From Thermodesulfobacteriota bacterium (GTDB taxonomy: Bacteria; Desulfobacterota; Desulfomonilia; UBA1062): a DNA stretch of 64,000 nucleotides. The notes below the pieces were generated by a model. It searched no databases, was not told the DNA's origin, and was given only the letters and a program-made list of their open reading frames with translations. Both the position numbers and the translations under genes were made by a program. Positions 1 through 9,530 of the stretch are shown piece by piece; positions within the stretch are counted from its first letter, which is position 1; every line of letters starts with the position of its first letter. The stretch is taken from positions 141 to 64,140 of the forward strand of contig DAITOA010000013.1 in assembly GCA_036834365.1 (NCBI GenBank), written 5' to 3'.

Positions 1-18
1 CAACTGAGCTACTCCCGC
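1..18 (-). tRNA. 5' end of a tRNA (Gly-like), truncated by the window edge
   Basis: Reverse complement GCGGGAGTAGCTCAGTTG matches the canonical 5' acceptor/D-arm start of bacterial tRNA-Gly. Its position after tRNA-Tyr mirrors the thrU-tyrU-glyT order. Confidence 0.5.
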
Positions 19-82
19 ATCGTCTCATTGAGGATTGTGCAGTCAAAAGCGACTCACGTCTCCTGCAATCCCTCGTTGCTCA

Positions 83-167
83 TGGTGGAGGGGGGAGGAT
101 TCGAACCTCCGTAGGCTTCGCCGGCAGATTTACAGTCTGCTCCCTTTGGCCGCTCGGGAACCCCTCC
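83..167 (-). tRNA. tRNA-Tyr (anticodon GTA), 85 nt with long variable arm and encoded CCA
   Basis: Reverse complement reads GGAGGGG...CAGACUGUAAAUCUG...GGUUCGAAUCC...CCCCUCCACCA. The 7-bp acceptor stem pairs, the T-loop is GTTCGAATC and the anticodon loop is CUGUAAA. Confidence 0.85.
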
Positions 168-181
168 CGAAATATCTCTCA

Positions 182-257
182 TGGAGCTGGAGATGGGACT
201 CGAACCCGCAACCTGCTGATTACAAATCAGCTGCTCTACCGATTGAGCTACTCCAGC
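182..257 (-). tRNA. tRNA-Thr (anticodon TGT), 76 nt with encoded CCA
   Basis: Reverse complement reads GCUGGAGUAGCUCA...GCUGAUUUGUAAUCAGC...GGUUCGAGUCC...CUCCAGCUCCA. The acceptor stem GCUGGAG/CUCCAGC pairs and the anticodon loop is UUUGUAA. Confidence 0.85.
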
Positions 258-289
258 GCTCCAGGCGCACCCATAGCTTGCGCACCAGG

Positions 290-330
290 TGTCTGTATCC
301 CAAGGACAATGGAAAAGTCAAGGGGCAAAT
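290..330 (-). promoter_or_regulatory. Candidate sigma70-type promoter plus AT-rich UP-like element for the minus-strand tRNA operon
   Basis: On the minus strand, TTGACT (about 316-321) sits ~16 nt upstream of GATACA. Upstream of that, the only strongly AT-rich stretch in the region (340-400) resembles stable-RNA promoter UP elements. No TSS evidence. Confidence 0.3.
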
Positions 331-654
331 AGGGTCCCGGGAAAGATTTTTGCATGGGATAAAATGTCCTTTACATTCAAATAATAGACTCGTTTTCTGA
401 TAGGGTCAACCCCGGTCGATCCGGGGGGTGTCTTCGGGTTCTCACCGGGAGAATCCACTGGTCGAACAGACCACGACAGGGAGTCTTTTCCCCGGCGACC
501 ATTCGGCCCGCAGTCCGCCCGTTCCGGCAGGTCGGACGATGTCGTCGGCCGACCCCCGGGAACGGGCAGGGTCATGTCACAAACCCTGTGTTCCTTCTCC
601 GGCTACCCCCTTCCCCGTTGACCCCCTAGACCCCCTGTGTTAACACAATGTCCC

Positions 655-1371
655 ATGCAGAACCGGATCAACCACCTTGCCATCATCATGGACGGCAACG
701 GCAGGTGGGCGCAGAGACAGGGTCTCTCACGACTCAGGGGCCACGAGATGGGTGCCCGGGCAGCCAAGCGCGTCGTAGAACTGGCCAAGGCGCGTTCCAT
801 ACGATACCTCACCCTGTATGCCTTCTCATCCGAAAACTGGAACCGGCCCAAGGAAGAGGTCGAGGGCCTGTTCCGGCTGATGGAGCGTTTCATCGCCGAG
901 GAGGTCGATCGCCTCAAGTCCAGCGGCATCTGCATCCACGTCATCGGCGACCTGTCGCGCTTCTCGACCCACCTGCAGGACACCATCCGCCGCACCCTGG
1001 ATGAGACGAAGGACAACCGGGAACTGCACCTGGCCATCGCGCTCAACTACGGGGGCCGTGACGAGATCGTCCGTTCCACCCGGAAGCTCCTTACTGACGG
1101 CGTCCATCCGGAGGAGGTCACGGAAGAGACCTTTTCGAGCCTTCTCGACACGTCGTTCATGCCCGATCCGGACCTCCTGGTCCGCACCGGAGGCGAATGG
1201 CGGATAAGCAACTTCCTCCTGTGGCAGCTCGCCTACACCGAGATCTACTTCACGGACACCCTCTGGCCCGATTTCGACGAGAAGGAGCTCGATAAGGCCG
1301 TAGACTGGTACGGGGGCCGCCAGAGGCGCTTCGGCATGACCGGCGAACAGGTCGAAGGGGGTACTCAATGA
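655..1371 (+). CDS. uppS: Undecaprenyl-diphosphate synthase (cis-prenyltransferase)
   Basis: Contains the hallmark HLAIIMDGNGRWA and the DGGR / FLLWQ..YTE motifs. The ATG at 655 is preferred over the GTG at 637 listed in the ORF track. Confidence 0.9.
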   Translation: MQNRINHLAIIMDGNGRWAQRQGLSRLRGHEMGARAAKRVVELAKARSIRYLTLYAFSSENWNRPKEEVEGLFRLMERFIAEEVDRLKSSGICIHVIGDLSRFSTHLQDTIRRTLDETKDNRELHLAIALNYGGRDEIVRSTRKLLTDGVHPEEVTEETFSSLLDTSFMPDPDLLVRTGGEWRISNFLLWQLAYTEIYFTDTLWPDFDEKELDKAVDWYGGRQRRFGMTGEQVEGGTQ

Positions 1372-2195
1372 CCCGGATCTTCGGTGCGCTCATCCTCATC
1401 GTTATTTTCGCCGTCCCGGCCGTTTTAGGCCCTGCATGGGTCCTGGCGCTCCTCGCCATACTGGTGATCCCGGTGTGCATGTTCGAGCTGTTCCGGGTCG
1501 TCTTGAGCGGCAATGCCCGCATCCTGGGCTGGATATCGATGGTCTCGTCGCTGCCGTACCTTCTCCTCGCCTACCGATCGGACATGGCCGGATGCCTCCT
1601 CACCCTGGGGGTGACCAGCGTCGTCCTCATGATCGCCTCCCTCTTCCTCTACGAGATGAACAGGGGCGGGGCAAAGGACCTGGTCTATGCCATGGCCGGT
1701 CTCTTCTATCCCATGGCGCTCATCGGCTTCTGGGTTCTCCTGAGGGTGGGCGCCGACGGCAGGTTCTGGATGATCTTCGGCCTCGTGAGCGTCTTCGCCT
1801 CGGACGTGGGGGCCTACTATGTGGGCAAGAACCTGGGCAGGCACAGGCTCGCCCCCCGGCTCAGCCCCAAGAAGACCGTGGAAGGCTTCATCGGCGGGAT
1901 CTGCCTGGCCGTCGTCCTCGGATACGCGACATACCTTATCTATAATGCGGTCACGGCCCATTACCAGATCGATCCGCTGACAGGCACCTACCCTGCCTGG
2001 CTGCTGGCAGTCCTGTCAGCCTGCATCGCGGTGCTTGACCTGGCCGGCGACCTCACGGCCTCGCTGTTCAAACGGGACTTCCAGATCAAGGACATGGGCC
2101 ACCTCATCCCCGGCCACGGAGGCATGCTGGACCGCCTCGACGGCATCATCCCGGTGGGATGCCTCCTCTACTGCATCCTCAAGGTCGCCGCCTGA
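1368..2195 (+). CDS. cdsA: Phosphatidate cytidylyltransferase (CDP-diglyceride synthase)
   Basis: Polytopic membrane protein with the C-terminal CdsA signature region (KRD..IKD.G.LIPGHGG.LDR.D). Overlaps the uppS stop by 4 nt, the classic uppS-cdsA arrangement. Confidence 0.85.
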   Translation: MTRIFGALILIVIFAVPAVLGPAWVLALLAILVIPVCMFELFRVVLSGNARILGWISMVSSLPYLLLAYRSDMAGCLLTLGVTSVVLMIASLFLYEMNRGGAKDLVYAMAGLFYPMALIGFWVLLRVGADGRFWMIFGLVSVFASDVGAYYVGKNLGRHRLAPRLSPKKTVEGFIGGICLAVVLGYATYLIYNAVTAHYQIDPLTGTYPAWLLAVLSACIAVLDLAGDLTASLFKRDFQIKDMGHLIPGHGGMLDRLDGIIPVGCLLYCILKVAA

Positions 2196-3323
2196 ATGAA
2201 GCGGGTGACCCTTCTCGGATCAACGGGCTCCATCGGGGAGTCGACCCTCGACGTCATCCGCATGCGGCCCGATGACTACCTGCTCGCCGGGCTGGCCACC
2301 GGGAGCAACACCCATCGACTGAGGGAGCAGGCGGAAGAATTCGGGGTCGAGTTCATAGGCATCGCCTCGCCCGACTCCACCGCACACCCCGGCGGGATAT
2401 GCATCTCCGGCGAGCAGGCCGCCGTCGAGGTCATCCGCAGGTCAGAACCGGACATCGTGGTGAACGGCATATCCGGCGCCGCCGGGTTCCTGCCCTCCCT
2501 GGAGGCCGTCAGACAGGGGGCCGCCCTGGCGCTGGCCAACAAGGAATCCCTGGTGATCGGCGGCCGTTTCCTCACGGAAGAAGCCGCCAGGAAAGGGGTC
2601 CCCATCCTCCCCGTGGACTCGGAGCACTCAGCCGTGTTCCAGTGCCTTGCCGGGGAAAGACCGGCGAACATCCGCCGCATCATCCTCACCGCATCCGGCG
2701 GCCCCTTCAGGGACCGCCCGAAGGAAACCTTCCCCTCCATCACCCCCGCCCAGGCCCTGAATCACCCGACCTGGTCCATGGGCAGGCGGATCACCGTGGA
2801 TTCGGCGACCCTCATGAACAAGGGGCTCGAGATGATCGAGGCATGCTGGCTCTTCGGTGTGGGCATGGACGCGATCACCGTGACCATCCACCCCCAGAGC
2901 ATCGTGCACTCCATGGTGGAGTTTATGGACAGGAGCATCAAGGCTCAGCTCAGCCTGCCCGACATGCGCATGGCCATCGGATATGCATTGTCCTGGCCGG
3001 AACGCATGGAGATCCCCCTGGCGCCGCTGCCTGTGGACTCCGTGCTGAGGCTGGAGTTCCTGCCGCCGGACGAAGACAAATTCCAGGCCCTGTCCGTGGC
3101 GCGCGACGCCATGGACAGGCCGGAGACGCTGCCCTGCGTCATGAATGCCGCAGACGAAGTGGCCGTCGGAGCCTTCCTGGCCGGCAGGATCAGATTCGAT
3201 GAGATCGTGGAGGTGGTGAAAAAGACCATGGACATGCTGGCAACATTCAGGGTAGAAACTCCCGAAGAGCTCATCGAACTCGACAAGAACGCAAGAAAGA
3301 CCGCAGGGGCATTGCTCTCATGA
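2196..3323 (+). CDS. dxr: 1-deoxy-D-xylulose-5-phosphate reductoisomerase
   Basis: N-terminal LGSTGSIG NADPH-binding motif, then the LANKESLV and DSEHSA motifs. 375 aa, typical length. Confidence 0.9.
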   Translation: MKRVTLLGSTGSIGESTLDVIRMRPDDYLLAGLATGSNTHRLREQAEEFGVEFIGIASPDSTAHPGGICISGEQAAVEVIRRSEPDIVVNGISGAAGFLPSLEAVRQGAALALANKESLVIGGRFLTEEAARKGVPILPVDSEHSAVFQCLAGERPANIRRIILTASGGPFRDRPKETFPSITPAQALNHPTWSMGRRITVDSATLMNKGLEMIEACWLFGVGMDAITVTIHPQSIVHSMVEFMDRSIKAQLSLPDMRMAIGYALSWPERMEIPLAPLPVDSVLRLEFLPPDEDKFQALSVARDAMDRPETLPCVMNAADEVAVGAFLAGRIRFDEIVEVVKKTMDMLATFRVETPEELIELDKNARKTAGALLS

Positions 3324-4393
3324 TAACGATTCTGGCTTTCATCATCGTACTCGGCGTGCTGATCTTCTTCCACGAGCTTGGCCACTTCATCGTGGCCAAG
3401 GCGAGCGGCGTGGGAGTCCTGAAGTTCTCCCTGGGCTTCGGCCCCGCCCTGCTGAGGAAGAGGATCGGCGAAACCCAGTACCAGGTGGCGGCATTCCCGC
3501 TGGGCGGCTACGTGAAGATGCTGGGCGAGGACCCTGACGACAAGGACCAGCTCACCCATATCGACCCCAAGCGGTCCTTTTCGCACAAGCCGCTTCCCAT
3601 CAAGGCGGCGATCGTCTTTGCCGGCCCCTTCTTCAACTTCATACTGGCGGTGGTCGTCTATACCGTCATCGCATGGGTGGGTGTTCCCTACCTCCTGCCC
3701 GTGGTCGGCGAGGTTCAGAAGGCCTCCCCGGCCGACAAGGCGGGGATGCTCGCCGGTGACATGATCCGGACCATCGGAAAGAAACCGGTTCAGGGCTGGG
3801 ACGATGTGGCGGCGGTGCTCCAGGAAACAGGGGCGGCCAAGGGGGTCGAGATCGAGGTCCTGCGCGAAGGCAAGGTCTTCGTCCTCCATGTGACACCGAC
3901 CATGAACAAGGCGAAGAACCTCTTCGGCGAGGAGATCAGCCGCCCCATGATCGGGATCGCGGTGGGAGACGTCACGGCGGTCAAGCGCTACGGCCCCATC
4001 AGCGGCATCGGATACGGGTTCTCCCAGTGCTACCACATCGTGGAGCTCACGGGTGTCGCCTTCGCCAAGATGATCAAAGGCTCCATCAGCGTCAAGGAGA
4101 GCCTGGGCGGCCCCATCCTCATCGCCCAGGTCTCGGGGCAGACCTTCAAGGCGGGACTGCTGCCCTTCGTCTCCCTGATCGCCTTCATCAGCATCAACCT
4201 GGCCATCATCAACCTGCTGCCCATCCCCGTCCTGGACGGCGGACACATCCTGCTCTTCCTCATCGAGGGCGTCACCGGCAAGCCGGTGGAGGGCAAGCCA
4301 CGCGAGATCGCCCAGCAGATCGGGCTCTTCATCCTCATCATGCTCATGCTCTTCGCCTTCTACAACGACATCGTGCGTATCTTCAAGGGATGA
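3320..4393 (+). CDS. rseP: RIP site-2 metalloprotease (RseP/YaeL family)
   Basis: HELGHF zinc motif near the N-terminus, a PDZ-like middle region and the C-terminal LLPIPVLDGGH(I) motif. 4-nt overlap with dxr. Confidence 0.85.
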   Translation: MITILAFIIVLGVLIFFHELGHFIVAKASGVGVLKFSLGFGPALLRKRIGETQYQVAAFPLGGYVKMLGEDPDDKDQLTHIDPKRSFSHKPLPIKAAIVFAGPFFNFILAVVVYTVIAWVGVPYLLPVVGEVQKASPADKAGMLAGDMIRTIGKKPVQGWDDVAAVLQETGAAKGVEIEVLREGKVFVLHVTPTMNKAKNLFGEEISRPMIGIAVGDVTAVKRYGPISGIGYGFSQCYHIVELTGVAFAKMIKGSISVKESLGGPILIAQVSGQTFKAGLLPFVSLIAFISINLAIINLLPIPVLDGGHILLFLIEGVTGKPVEGKPREIAQQIGLFILIMLMLFAFYNDIVRIFKG

Positions 4394-5082
4394 GCGCCGT
4401 GCAGGTCCTGGCACTGGATACCTCCACCGACTCCCTGTCCGTGGCCCTGGTCAGGGACAGACAAACGGCCTGCGAGATCGTCCTGAAGGTCAAGGCCGGC
4501 CATGCCGGCATCATCCTGCCGGTCATCGACGAGGTGCTTCGGAAGGCGGGAACCTCCCGCGACGCCATCGACCTCATCGCCGTGGGAACGGGCCCCGGCT
4601 CCTTCACGGGGCTCAGGATCGGCATCGCCACGGCCAAAGGGCTGGCCGTCTCTCTCGGCTGCCGGTTCGTCGGCGTCTCCACCCTCGATACCATGGCCCG
4701 GGCCGTTCTCCCGTCCCCCATGCCCGTCATGCCCGTCCTCGATGCCAAGAAGGGCGAGGTCTTCTGCGCCTCTTACGACCGGCACGGCTCACGCCTCATC
4801 GCCCCCATGAACCTGCGGCCCGAGGCGTTGGTGGCCCTGGTCAGGGAAGAGACCATGTTCGTGGGCAACGGGTGCGAGCTCTACCGGGATGCGTTCATCG
4901 GGGGGCTGGGGACCCGCTACCACGAGGCCGCCCCATACCTGTGGGCACCGAGGGCTTCGGTGCTGGCCGGCATCGCTCTTGATATGGCGCCCGGGGACGA
5001 ACCCGCGGATGTGCTCCCCGTCTATGTCCGGGAGTCGGATGCGGCTCTGCTGCTGGAGAGATCCGGCAGGGGGAATGCGTAG
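4390..5082 (+). CDS. tsaB: tRNA threonylcarbamoyladenosine biosynthesis protein TsaB (YeaZ)
   Basis: LALDTSTDSLSVAL start and the GTGPGSFTGLRIG motif of the inactive Kae1/YgjD paralog. The internal ATG at 4390 overlaps the rseP stop. The upstream part of ORF 4027-5082 lies inside rseP. Confidence 0.8.
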   Translation: MSAVQVLALDTSTDSLSVALVRDRQTACEIVLKVKAGHAGIILPVIDEVLRKAGTSRDAIDLIAVGTGPGSFTGLRIGIATAKGLAVSLGCRFVGVSTLDTMARAVLPSPMPVMPVLDAKKGEVFCASYDRHGSRLIAPMNLRPEALVALVREETMFVGNGCELYRDAFIGGLGTRYHEAAPYLWAPRASVLAGIALDMAPGDEPADVLPVYVRESDAALLLERSGRGNA

Positions 5083-5206
5083 GATCAGGTTCCGGCGGGG
5101 GAATCCGGCCCGGAGTTCTCACCTTGACCAACCCAACATTCTGATATCATTTTATTTGGCCTCAAGCCTTCCGATAAGTACAAGAAAACGGGTCCCTCCC
5201 GATACC

Positions 5207-6817
5207 ATGGGGAGCACTATGGGCAGATTCGATGCATTCACCTCCAAGGATTTTATAGAACAGGTCTCCATCCTCGGGTCTCTCGATCCTGCACGGGATC
5301 AAGATTCCATTCCCGATATCGTGGCGCTCCTGGGCAGGATACCGGAGCACGAGGCCATCATGCTGGTGATGAAGGACACCCTGAAGAAGCTGTTTTCGGG
5401 CAGCGAAGCCTCGACGGTGCGGTACCTCGCCGCCGGTGACCGGGAGATCCAGAAAATCTGCATCGAGGTGGCCGGCCGGGAAAGATTCGCTTCCGCAGCA
5501 GCGGCCCTGGAAGCCATCGAACGGCAGGCATCAGAAAAGAAGCACTACCGCATCGTCTTCGAGGTGATGAAGACGCTGGCCCAGATCCGACCGGAGGAAT
5601 CCATCGATCTGTTCAGAAAGCACGTGGATCACGAAGATTCCCTCATTGCATCTCTGTGCATCGAGACCCTCGGCGCACTGAACGACGCCCGGTCGTTCGA
5701 GCGCATGCACGGCATCATCATGGAAGCGGAGGATGACTCCCAAGGCGGCCTGTGCGACCTGCCGACAGCCAGCGCCATCAGGACCCTGGGCACATTCCAG
5801 GGCAGGGACGCCGTTGCCTTCTTCATCACCATGCTCCACCACAGGAACCCGGGGGTGCGCAGGGTGATCCACGAGGAGCTCTCCCGCAAGGGCATGGAGG
5901 CCGTGGACGCGCTCAGGGAAGTCTTCCGGGGAGACAGTTCCGACGCCAAGATATTCGCGGCAAACATCCTCGGTCTCATCGGGTCGAAGGAGGCGGCGGA
6001 CGTCCTCGTCCAGGCGCTGGATACGAACCGCAACGCCCATCCCAACATCCGGTATGCCATCTATGAGGCCCTCGGTTGCACCTCCGGCATGGCGGGCCTG
6101 GTCTGCCTGGCCGACGGGCTCGATGAGACGGACGGTATGGTCCTGCTGGCCGTGGTGACGGCCCTGGACATGCGGATGAACCAGTCGATCCTCGACCGGA
6201 TCTCCGAGACGATCAGGAAGGAAACCGGGCACGGCAGGAAGCTCGTGCAGGCGATCGTGGCATCCGGTGCCATGCATATCTTCGAGGGACTCCACCGTGG
6301 CGATGAGGCCATAGCGTCCATGCTGCTGGAAGAGATCAGGAATTCGGGCATCGGCGAGCACATCGCAGGGTACCGGACGATCCTGGAGGGGATGGACTCC
6401 GATCGCGCAAGGAACGACCTGCGGATTATCGATGGACTGCCCGCGAGAGAAGGTGAAAGGCGTATCCTGGCCGTGGACGACTCGAAGGCCATGCTCAACT
6501 TCTACAAGGGTGTGGCCGCTTCCCTGGGCATGGGCATCAGTACGGCCATGAACGGAAAGGAGGCCCTCGATGTCATTGCACTGGAGGAACGGTTCGACCT
6601 GATCATCACCGACATGAACATGCCGGTCATGGACGGGGTCGAGTTCACCGGTCATGTCAGGAGGGACCCGGCCCTTTCTGAGATCCCGATCATCATGATA
6701 ACCACCGAGTCCGAGCGTTCCCAGGAAGATCTGGCCCGCAAGGCCGGGGTGACCCACTTCATGCAGAAACCCTTCGACGCCGGGAAACTCATGGAGAGGA
6801 TCACCGGCTGCCTGTAG
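5207..6817 (+). CDS. HEAT/PBS-lyase-like repeat protein with a C-terminal response-regulator receiver (REC) domain
   Basis: Repeated helical units (DSLIASLCIETLGALND, PGVRRVIHEEL, AKIFAANILGLIGSKEAADVLVQAL, NIRYAIYEALG). The C-terminal ~120 aa is a REC domain (ILAVDDS...DLIITDMNMPVMDG...KPF). Start chosen at the internal ATG MGSTMGRF. Confidence 0.6.
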   Translation: MGSTMGRFDAFTSKDFIEQVSILGSLDPARDQDSIPDIVALLGRIPEHEAIMLVMKDTLKKLFSGSEASTVRYLAAGDREIQKICIEVAGRERFASAAAALEAIERQASEKKHYRIVFEVMKTLAQIRPEESIDLFRKHVDHEDSLIASLCIETLGALNDARSFERMHGIIMEAEDDSQGGLCDLPTASAIRTLGTFQGRDAVAFFITMLHHRNPGVRRVIHEELSRKGMEAVDALREVFRGDSSDAKIFAANILGLIGSKEAADVLVQALDTNRNAHPNIRYAIYEALGCTSGMAGLVCLADGLDETDGMVLLAVVTALDMRMNQSILDRISETIRKETGHGRKLVQAIVASGAMHIFEGLHRGDEAIASMLLEEIRNSGIGEHIAGYRTILEGMDSDRARNDLRIIDGLPAREGERRILAVDDSKAMLNFYKGVAASLGMGISTAMNGKEALDVIALEERFDLIITDMNMPVMDGVEFTGHVRRDPALSEIPIIMITTESERSQEDLARKAGVTHFMQKPFDAGKLMERITGCL

Positions 6818-7004
6818 GAGGGCGGGACCCCTCCGGAGATCCCGGCGGTCACCTCAGGGGCGTCATTGGAATTATTTTGGGCAAACATCAATCATTGCAT
6901 CATCCTATCCGGGAATGTGGTACATGTTTTGCTCAATATCGCCAAGAGGAGACGGACCGGCTCTCCAATAGTCAGGAATAGTACGCGAGGATACGAAGGA
7001 GACT

Positions 7005-7937
7005 ATGGGCACCAAACCAAAGAAGACAGGCAGGGCTTATATCTTCTATATCGCCTGTGTCGTGATGGCGCCGGTTCTGGTATGCGGGTGCAGTCGATTT
7101 CAGACCGGGTCAACCTTCAAGGAAGCGAATGAACTTTTCGGCCAGGGAGACTACGAGGCATCTCTGAAAACATATGAAGGAATCATTGAAAGGCATCCCT
7201 CGGCGGGAGACCGGGTTCTTTTCGAGATGGGGATCATTTACTCGTATCCCAGGAACGAGCAGAAAGACTACCGGAAATCTTTGGAGTGTTTTCAGGAACT
7301 CATAAAGAATTATCCCGAGAGCAGTTACAGATATGACAGTGAGAGGATGATCTTTCATATACAGAATGTCGTCCTGAAGGATCAGCGGATAGCCGAGCAG
7401 CAGACACTGATGGAGACTCTCCAACAGGAGCTTGAAAGCAAAGGGAATGAGATTGCTGCACTGCGGGAAGAAATTGAAGAGCTCCACCGGAAGGTCTCTT
7501 CACTGGAGCCGGGGCCGGCAGACAAGATCCTCATAGAGAAGAAAGAACGGAGATTGTCACTGATGGCAAAGGGCAGTGTCTTCAGGACCTACAAGATAGC
7601 CTTGGGGGGAAACCCGAATGGTCCGAAGGTAAGGCAGGGAGACAACAAAACCCCGGAAGGGACCTACATCATCGACTCAAGGAATATGGACAGCCGCTAC
7701 CACATCTCTCTTCACATTTCATATCCCAACGAGAGAGACAAACAACGGGCGAAAAAACTGGGCGTCCTGCCGGGCGGAGACATCATGATTCACGGCATCA
7801 AGAACGGATTTTCCATGGTCGGCGGACTGCATGCCGGGTCTGACTGGACGAAAGGGTGCATTGCCGTCACGGACGAAGAGATAGAAGAGATTGAAATGCT
7901 GGCCCCGAACGGTACGATTGTCGAGATAAGGCCATAG
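7005..7937 (+). CDS. Lipoprotein L,D-transpeptidase (YkuD/ErfK domain) with N-terminal TPR-like and coiled-coil regions
   Basis: AAGGAG RBS, signal peptide and lipobox (LVCGC). The YkuD catalytic domain has the conserved HG and active-site GCIA(V) motifs (YKIALGG...IMIHG...TKGCIAV). Lower GC than flanks. Confidence 0.75.
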   Translation: MGTKPKKTGRAYIFYIACVVMAPVLVCGCSRFQTGSTFKEANELFGQGDYEASLKTYEGIIERHPSAGDRVLFEMGIIYSYPRNEQKDYRKSLECFQELIKNYPESSYRYDSERMIFHIQNVVLKDQRIAEQQTLMETLQQELESKGNEIAALREEIEELHRKVSSLEPGPADKILIEKKERRLSLMAKGSVFRTYKIALGGNPNGPKVRQGDNKTPEGTYIIDSRNMDSRYHISLHISYPNERDKQRAKKLGVLPGGDIMIHGIKNGFSMVGGLHAGSDWTKGCIAVTDEEIEEIEMLAPNGTIVEIRP

Positions 7938-7957
7938 AGGACCCCATACGCGGAGCC

Positions 7958-9274
7958 ATGTGCAGAACGGTTGAACGCCCGATCCCATCCGGAAGGTTTC
8001 ATCTCATCGTCTTGTGCATACTCGTCTCATATCTCCAGGGATGTGCCGTAATGAACAGTATTCAGAAGATATCATCACCTTTCCCCGTCTATCCGGAAAA
8101 CCAGCTGGAACGGAACACGTTTTCGGTTGTGAAAGGAAGTGACGTCATCGGCCGGATGGCGATCATCAGGCTTGAAGAGGGCGATACCCTTCCGGACATC
8201 GCCCGGCACTTCAGCCTGGGAATCAATGCGGTCAATGCGGCCAATCCAGGGGTGGATGTGTGGGTACCTGATGCAGGAGGGCGTATCGTGCTGCCGCTGC
8301 GGTTCATTCTGCCGGATGCACCCAGAAAGGGTATCGTGATCAACCTGGCTGCCATGAGGCTCTTTCACTATAAAGGAGACAACGACGCACTCGTTGTGAC
8401 CACGTACCCGGTCGGCGTCGGCACCACGGAGCGACCCACCCCCACAGGCCAGATGCAGGTGGTGCGCAAGGTGACCCGGCCGACCTGGTATGTGCCCGCC
8501 TCCATTGCCGAGGATCATCGAAAAAAGGGAGATCCGCTTCCCGCTGCAGTTCTGCCGGGACCCCAGAATCCCCTGGGAGAATACGCGCTCTATCTGAGCA
8601 AGGCGAGTTATCTGATCCATGGCACCAATAAGCCGGCCAGCATCGGCCTGAATGCAACCAACGGCTGCCTGAGACTCTACCCGGAAGACGTGAAAAGGCT
8701 CTACGAGAATACGCCGGTTCACACACCCGTATGCATCGTCAACCAGCCATACCTCATAGGCCAGCGGAACGGGATCGTTTACATGGAGGTCCATGCGTCC
8801 CCGGAAGGCTCAGGGGCCGATGAGCTGGAAAAGATGTACAACAAGTTGAGAACCATTGAGAAGGTCTCCGGGCGTACGCTCGACTGGAAGAATATCGAGA
8901 GGACACTGTCGGAAGCCCGGGGGATTCCTGTGCCCATCCTGGAGATGGAACAGGGGAGATGGTTTGAGCCGACCATCGAAGTGATGCACCCGGGCACATT
9001 ATACGGGAGACCGGAAATTCCGGAATTGAACGCGGAGGCATGGTATGTCTGGGCTGCCGACCTGAACGATAGGACCGAAGCCTTGCGGATTGCCGCCATC
9101 ATTAGCCATCAGGGCCCGCCAATACCGGCACGTGTGATATCAAGGAGCAATGGCTACCGTGTCATCGCCGGCCCCTACAACGATATAAGCGAGGCCAAAG
9201 ATACGGTCAAACGACTGAAGATCGATCTGGAGATAGACGGTATCGTGATCGAACCCGCCGCGAAGCACCCCTGA
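7958..9274 (+). CDS. LysM + YkuD L,D-transpeptidase with C-terminal SPOR domain (lipoprotein signal)
   Basis: Lipobox YLQGC and a LysM-like segment (EEGDTLPDIARHFSLGINAVNAANPG). The YkuD domain carries LIHGTN...NGCLRL. The C-terminal ~75 aa is a SPOR-like fold (RVISRSNGYRVIAGPY...AKD). Confidence 0.75.
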   Translation: MCRTVERPIPSGRFHLIVLCILVSYLQGCAVMNSIQKISSPFPVYPENQLERNTFSVVKGSDVIGRMAIIRLEEGDTLPDIARHFSLGINAVNAANPGVDVWVPDAGGRIVLPLRFILPDAPRKGIVINLAAMRLFHYKGDNDALVVTTYPVGVGTTERPTPTGQMQVVRKVTRPTWYVPASIAEDHRKKGDPLPAAVLPGPQNPLGEYALYLSKASYLIHGTNKPASIGLNATNGCLRLYPEDVKRLYENTPVHTPVCIVNQPYLIGQRNGIVYMEVHASPEGSGADELEKMYNKLRTIEKVSGRTLDWKNIERTLSEARGIPVPILEMEQGRWFEPTIEVMHPGTLYGRPEIPELNAEAWYVWAADLNDRTEALRIAAIISHQGPPIPARVISRSNGYRVIAGPYNDISEAKDTVKRLKIDLEIDGIVIEPAAKHP

Positions 9275-9530
9275 TCAGGTTACAAAAAAGGTGCCGCTGT
9301 GTACGAACTTGTACATCTCTCAAAGGTCATGAATGGAAATTAACGTCCAATCGTGTAATATGTACGCGTCATACGTGTTGGCCTGCATATTGCTGTAAGA
9401 ATATCATGCAATTATTATATGAGAAGCCATGATAATGAAACCATTACCCCCGAAACAATCAATGACCCGGGGGGTAGACAGGCTCAGTTCGTTATCAAAC
9501 AATCCAAGCTGAATAGAACGGAGGTAAGGA

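Noticed and set aside
318-643. ORFs 318-575 (-) and 428-643 (+) upstream of uppS
   Set aside because: No RBS or recognisable domain. Pro/Arg/Gly-rich translations in a GC-rich leader. More likely untranslated 5' region of the uppS operon.
2945-4414. 489-aa minus-strand ORF covering rseP
   Set aside because: Antisense to a gene with clear RseP motifs (HELGHF, LDGGH). The translation is low-complexity and D/E/G/R/H-rich, typical of GC-rich antisense frames.
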